Shown here one piece after another: positions 26,052 through 26,182 of a DNA stretch of 26,182 bases; position 1 is the stretch's first letter, and the number at the start of each line of letters is the position of its first letter. Made by a program: the position numbers and the translations under genes. Source of the stretch: Gemmatimonadota bacterium (GTDB taxonomy: Bacteria > Gemmatimonadota > Gemmatimonadetes > Longimicrobiales > RSA9); contig JBBDRO010000071.1 in the NCBI GenBank assembly GCA_040905425.1, positions 1 to 26,182 of the forward strand, read 5' to 3'. Below the pieces are notes generated by a model. It saw nothing but the letters and a program-made list of their open reading frames with translations, was not told the DNA's origin and did not search any database.

Positions 26052-26081
26052 ATCATGTACTACACACTACACATCTGTCAA
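26052..26081 (-). promoter_or_regulatory. putative leaderless promoter with tandem operator-like repeat
   Basis: Minus-strand TTGACA-N18-CATGAT, 7 nt before ATG 26044. The spacer contains TGTGTAG twice. AT-rich patch in a GC-rich background. Confidence 0.65.
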
Positions 26082-26182
26082 GCGACGACGCCGATCACGC
26101 CCAGGCGCGCACTCCACCCCGCGGCCGGGACGCATCCCGGGACCGAGCGTCCGGCTCATCCCTTTCATCCCGCGCATCCCGC

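Overview
A very GC-rich bacterial chromosomal segment with 22 supportable CDSs. The gene content (DUF4382 lipoprotein, TolB-N/TPR membrane protein, S9 peptidase) is reminiscent of Gemmatimonadota, which is an inference only. I found no rRNA, tRNA, CRISPR array, integrase or transposase. In order: the end of an RND efflux operon (adaptor, permease, PII-like protein, DUF2892/YgaP-like protein); a divergent FAD oxidoreductase and nitronate-monooxygenase-family flavoprotein; a serine hydrolase; a minus-strand run (TPR protein, S9 peptidase, yhbY, small CxxC/CxxC protein, degenerate MntA-like nucleotidyltransferase, DEAD-box helicase); a large Ig/PKD lipoprotein with a CCR-motif N-terminal domain and a long structured leader; a membrane protein, wrbA, yigZ, tesB, DUF2157 and DUF4382 genes; and an XRE regulator followed by a conserved uncharacterised protein. 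The best leads are: (i) the XRE plus uncharacterised-protein module, whose family I recall as ubiquitin-fused in fungi, with an operator-like repeat in its promoter; (ii) a possible attenuator in the DEAD-helicase leader; (iii) the Sib-like CCR lipoprotein and its anti-RBS leader; (iv) the PII-like/DUF2892-associated RND pump. Family assignments come from motif recognition, not database searches.
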